From Anthoceros angustus (lineage: Eukaryota > Plantae > Anthocerotophyta), in the NCBI GenBank assembly GCA_010909165.1, contig VJWM01000196.1, forward strand, positions 186,001 to 250,000: 64,000 bases of DNA. Reading direction: 5' to 3'. The notes under the pieces are model-generated. The model was not told the origin of the DNA, did not search any database, and worked only from the letters and a program-made list of their open reading frames with translations. Each line of letters begins with the position of its first letter. Position 1 is the stretch's first letter. The position numbers were made by a program, and so were the translations under genes. Shown one piece after another: positions 61,651 through 64,000 of this stretch.

Positions 61651-62530
61651 ACGGATATCACTGACTTTCAAAGTGCATCTGTGGCTAATCGAAGAATTCA
61701 ATGCCGTGAATTTTTGTACTTTCTATTGTGGAAGCTTGTCGGAAAGCTTCCTTGACTAAGACAATTCAAGATCTGGGGGTGCAAGTAACTACCAGGACTC
61801 CCGTCATGCTTCAGGAAATTTTCAACTGGAGGTACAAGTTCGACTGGGTCTCAAGCACGGCTCATTATGCCCTAGGCATGTAATTTTATTCAGAAGCAAT
61901 TTGTAGGTGTGCATTCGCCGCGTTGAAGAGGTGAACTGGGTACAGGCCCATGTTTCTGACATCATGGAGTGTATTCGCTCCTAGGTGAAGAAACTAGGGT
62001 AGTACTTCCTTGTTTGCTTGACCACCCCTGCTCCTTAGTTGTTGTGTTTCGTTGACTTGTGTTAGGTATCCTTTGTCGATGGCTGTTTACTTTGTCCTGG
62101 TTTAGAGTTTCCTTAGGACCTTTGCGCATCGCCTATTCGAGAGCTCAGTTTTGGCGAGTTCGATGAATTGAGGTCGAACCGGCGCATGGATTTAATCCAT
62201 TGTGACAACCAGTTTGCTTACAATGCGCTGCCATAGCAAGTACTGATTGGCTGCCAATTAGGTTTATCCCAGTGGGTTTATCCCAGGTTGGGATGGTCTC
62301 CAATTACCCACAATTTGGATGAATTGACATGAAAAAAATCGTATTGTAAATTTCGTTTCTACGAGTCATCTTGTTCACTTTATAGTTTGTACGAATTGTA
62401 GAGAGATAATTTACTTCAAACCCATCCCTATTCGATTCTATGCACCTGTTCAAAAGCCACAGTTCGCTTGCCAGAGTTTGCTAGCCAGTTCTATTGGATT
62501 TTTGAACTAAACGGTTTAATTTGAAGGGTG

Positions 62531-63018
62531 TGGGCAAGGGCGCGGGCAAGGGCGCGGGCAAGGGCGCGGGCAAGGGCGGGCAGGCGCGGGCAAGGCGGGC
62601 AAGGGCGCGGGCAGGGCGCAAGGGCGCGCAGGCAAGGGCGCGCGGGGCGCGGCAAGGGCGCGGGGCGCGGGCGGCGCGGGGCGCGGGCAAGGGCGCGCGG
62701 GCGGGCGCAGGCGCGGGCAGAGGGCGGAGCAGGCGCGGGCAGGCGGGCAAGGGCGCGGGCAAGGCGGGCAGCAGGCGGGCAAGGGCGCGGGCAGGGGGCG
62801 GGCAGGCAAGGGCGCGCGGGGCGCGGGGCGCGGGCAGGCGGCAAGGGGCGGCAGGCGCGGGCAGGCGGCGGCGCGGGGCGCGGCAAGGGCGGCTGAGCAA
62901 GGGCGCGGCAGGCGCGGGCAAGGGCGCGCGGGCAGGCGCGGGGCGCGGGCAGGCGCGGCAGGCGCGGGGCGCGGCAAGGGCGCGGGCAAGGGCGCGGGCA
63001 AGGGCGCGGGCAAGGGCG
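62531..63018. repeat. GC-rich minisatellite, 12-bp core GGGCAAGGGCGC with variant units
   Basis: gggcaagggcgc is repeated perfectly at both ends, with degenerate internal units (gggcaggcgc, ggggcgc). Confidence 0.93.
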
Positions 63019-63859
63019 TGTGGCACATTGTTCGATGAATTGAACTATTTAGTTCCTTAAATTGATGAGTTTAAGGAAACTAGCACTATGCAAGGGTCCT
63101 TAGGGGGCGTGCGTGCTTCTTGGTCTTGCCTTCCAGACCTGTGTTGGTCTAGTGTTGTTCTCTGCTCTTAGATTGACCGCTAAAAAAACAACTTGACCCA
63201 TGACGGAAATCCCTTTCTAGTACTATCTAAACTTTAATAAATTTCATATTTTCCTCTTGTTAAGTCTATTAATTCATTGTTTTACAATATAAAGTTTCTA
63301 ATATAATTATGTAATCATAAGTACATCAAATTTTATATCCAGTATACCCTACTCCTTCTTTTCTAAAAGTAAAATTACTTTATCATTTATAAAAATGATT
63401 ACTTTTGTATCACCCATTCAACCTTTCGTCCAAGCTTGAAGATGACATAAGATTATGTGATTCAATGAGCACCAAGATCACTAGGAGGCCAAGCTGAATA
63501 ATGCGCACCCTTCCTGCACATGTAAAAAAAACTCAACAAAACAAGTCTCCTTGATTAAAGTAATTACAGGGCGGGGGTATGTATTAAATGGCCAAAGATG
63601 TGTGTAGTGTTTGACACCTAGTTTGATTCAGAATTAGGTTCATCGGTAACCAAAAACACTTCTCTAGAGGTTTTTCGAGATACAAGACATTAACCCCATA
63701 GTACGTCGCCTGCGTCACACGCGTCTACAAGTGCAGTCGACGCCAACAGCGATCGCTACAATGCGTACCATTGTTTGTGTCTCATCCTCTCTGGCTTTGG
63801 GCTCGGTGACGGTGTGTGCATAGAGAACGTCTGTTCTTGTTTTCGAGACGAATAGTGTA

Positions 63860-64000
63860 ATGGAGTCAAAATCCTTGGAGCAAGCTCTGAGGAAAGACGA
63901 GCACATTCTGCGCTACTTGGACGACATTACCAGCAATGCTAGTGAGGCACAGGAGCAGGTGCTTCGGGACATTCTGGTCAGGAATGCCCACACCGAGTAT
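63860..64000 (+). CDS. GH3: 5' end of GH3 acyl-acid amido synthetase (runs off the window)
   Basis: ATG at 63860 gives MESKSLEQALRKDEHILRYLDDITSNASEAQEQVLRDILVRNAHTEY, matching the GH3 N-terminal pattern L.FIEE.T.NA..VQ..VL.EIL..NA.TEY. Confidence 0.85.
   Translation, partial: MESKSLEQALRKDEHILRYLDDITSNASEAQEQVLRDILVRNAHTEY

Noticed and set aside
62481-63060. Ala/Arg/Pro/Gly-rich ORFs in several frames
   Set aside because: They are translations of a stop-free GC minisatellite.
1-64000. tRNA, rRNA or snRNA genes (including an RNA-gene target for the CRE-like elements)
   Set aside because: None recognisable by eye; only the PBS is tRNA-complementary. tRNAscan-SE or Infernal would be needed to exclude them.

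Overview
Eukaryotic land-plant genomic DNA with short GT-AG introns (about 80-140 nt), which suggests a compact genome, possibly a non-seed plant (inference only). Bases 1-32.5 kb are gene-rich. They contain a calmodulin-like gene with a Pro/Ala N-terminal extension and a duplicated [class I chitinase - BASS4 transporter - class III peroxidase] block with reciprocal gene loss. They also contain further peroxidase pseudogenes, two CRE-type (restriction-like endonuclease) non-LTR retrotransposon copies, an intronless GLY1/SFD1-type glycerol-3-phosphate dehydrogenase, and two tandem secreted SGNH/CE6-like esterase genes, one of which has lost its catalytic residues. Bases 33-62 kb are a transposon island. 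It holds a 14-kb non-chromoviral Ty3/gypsy element with 4.3-kb LTRs (TSD CATAT, tRNA-Asp-type PBS), a related 5-kb solo LTR (TSD CTAGT) and a decayed chromovirus. The LTRs themselves carry a long, conserved coiled-coil ORF, which is the most unusual feature here. The window ends with a GC-rich 12-bp minisatellite and the start of a GH3 gene. Many repeats show dense 1-3 nt indels and tandem duplications that may partly be long-read assembly noise. Exon boundaries and motifs were read by hand, and no database searches were run.
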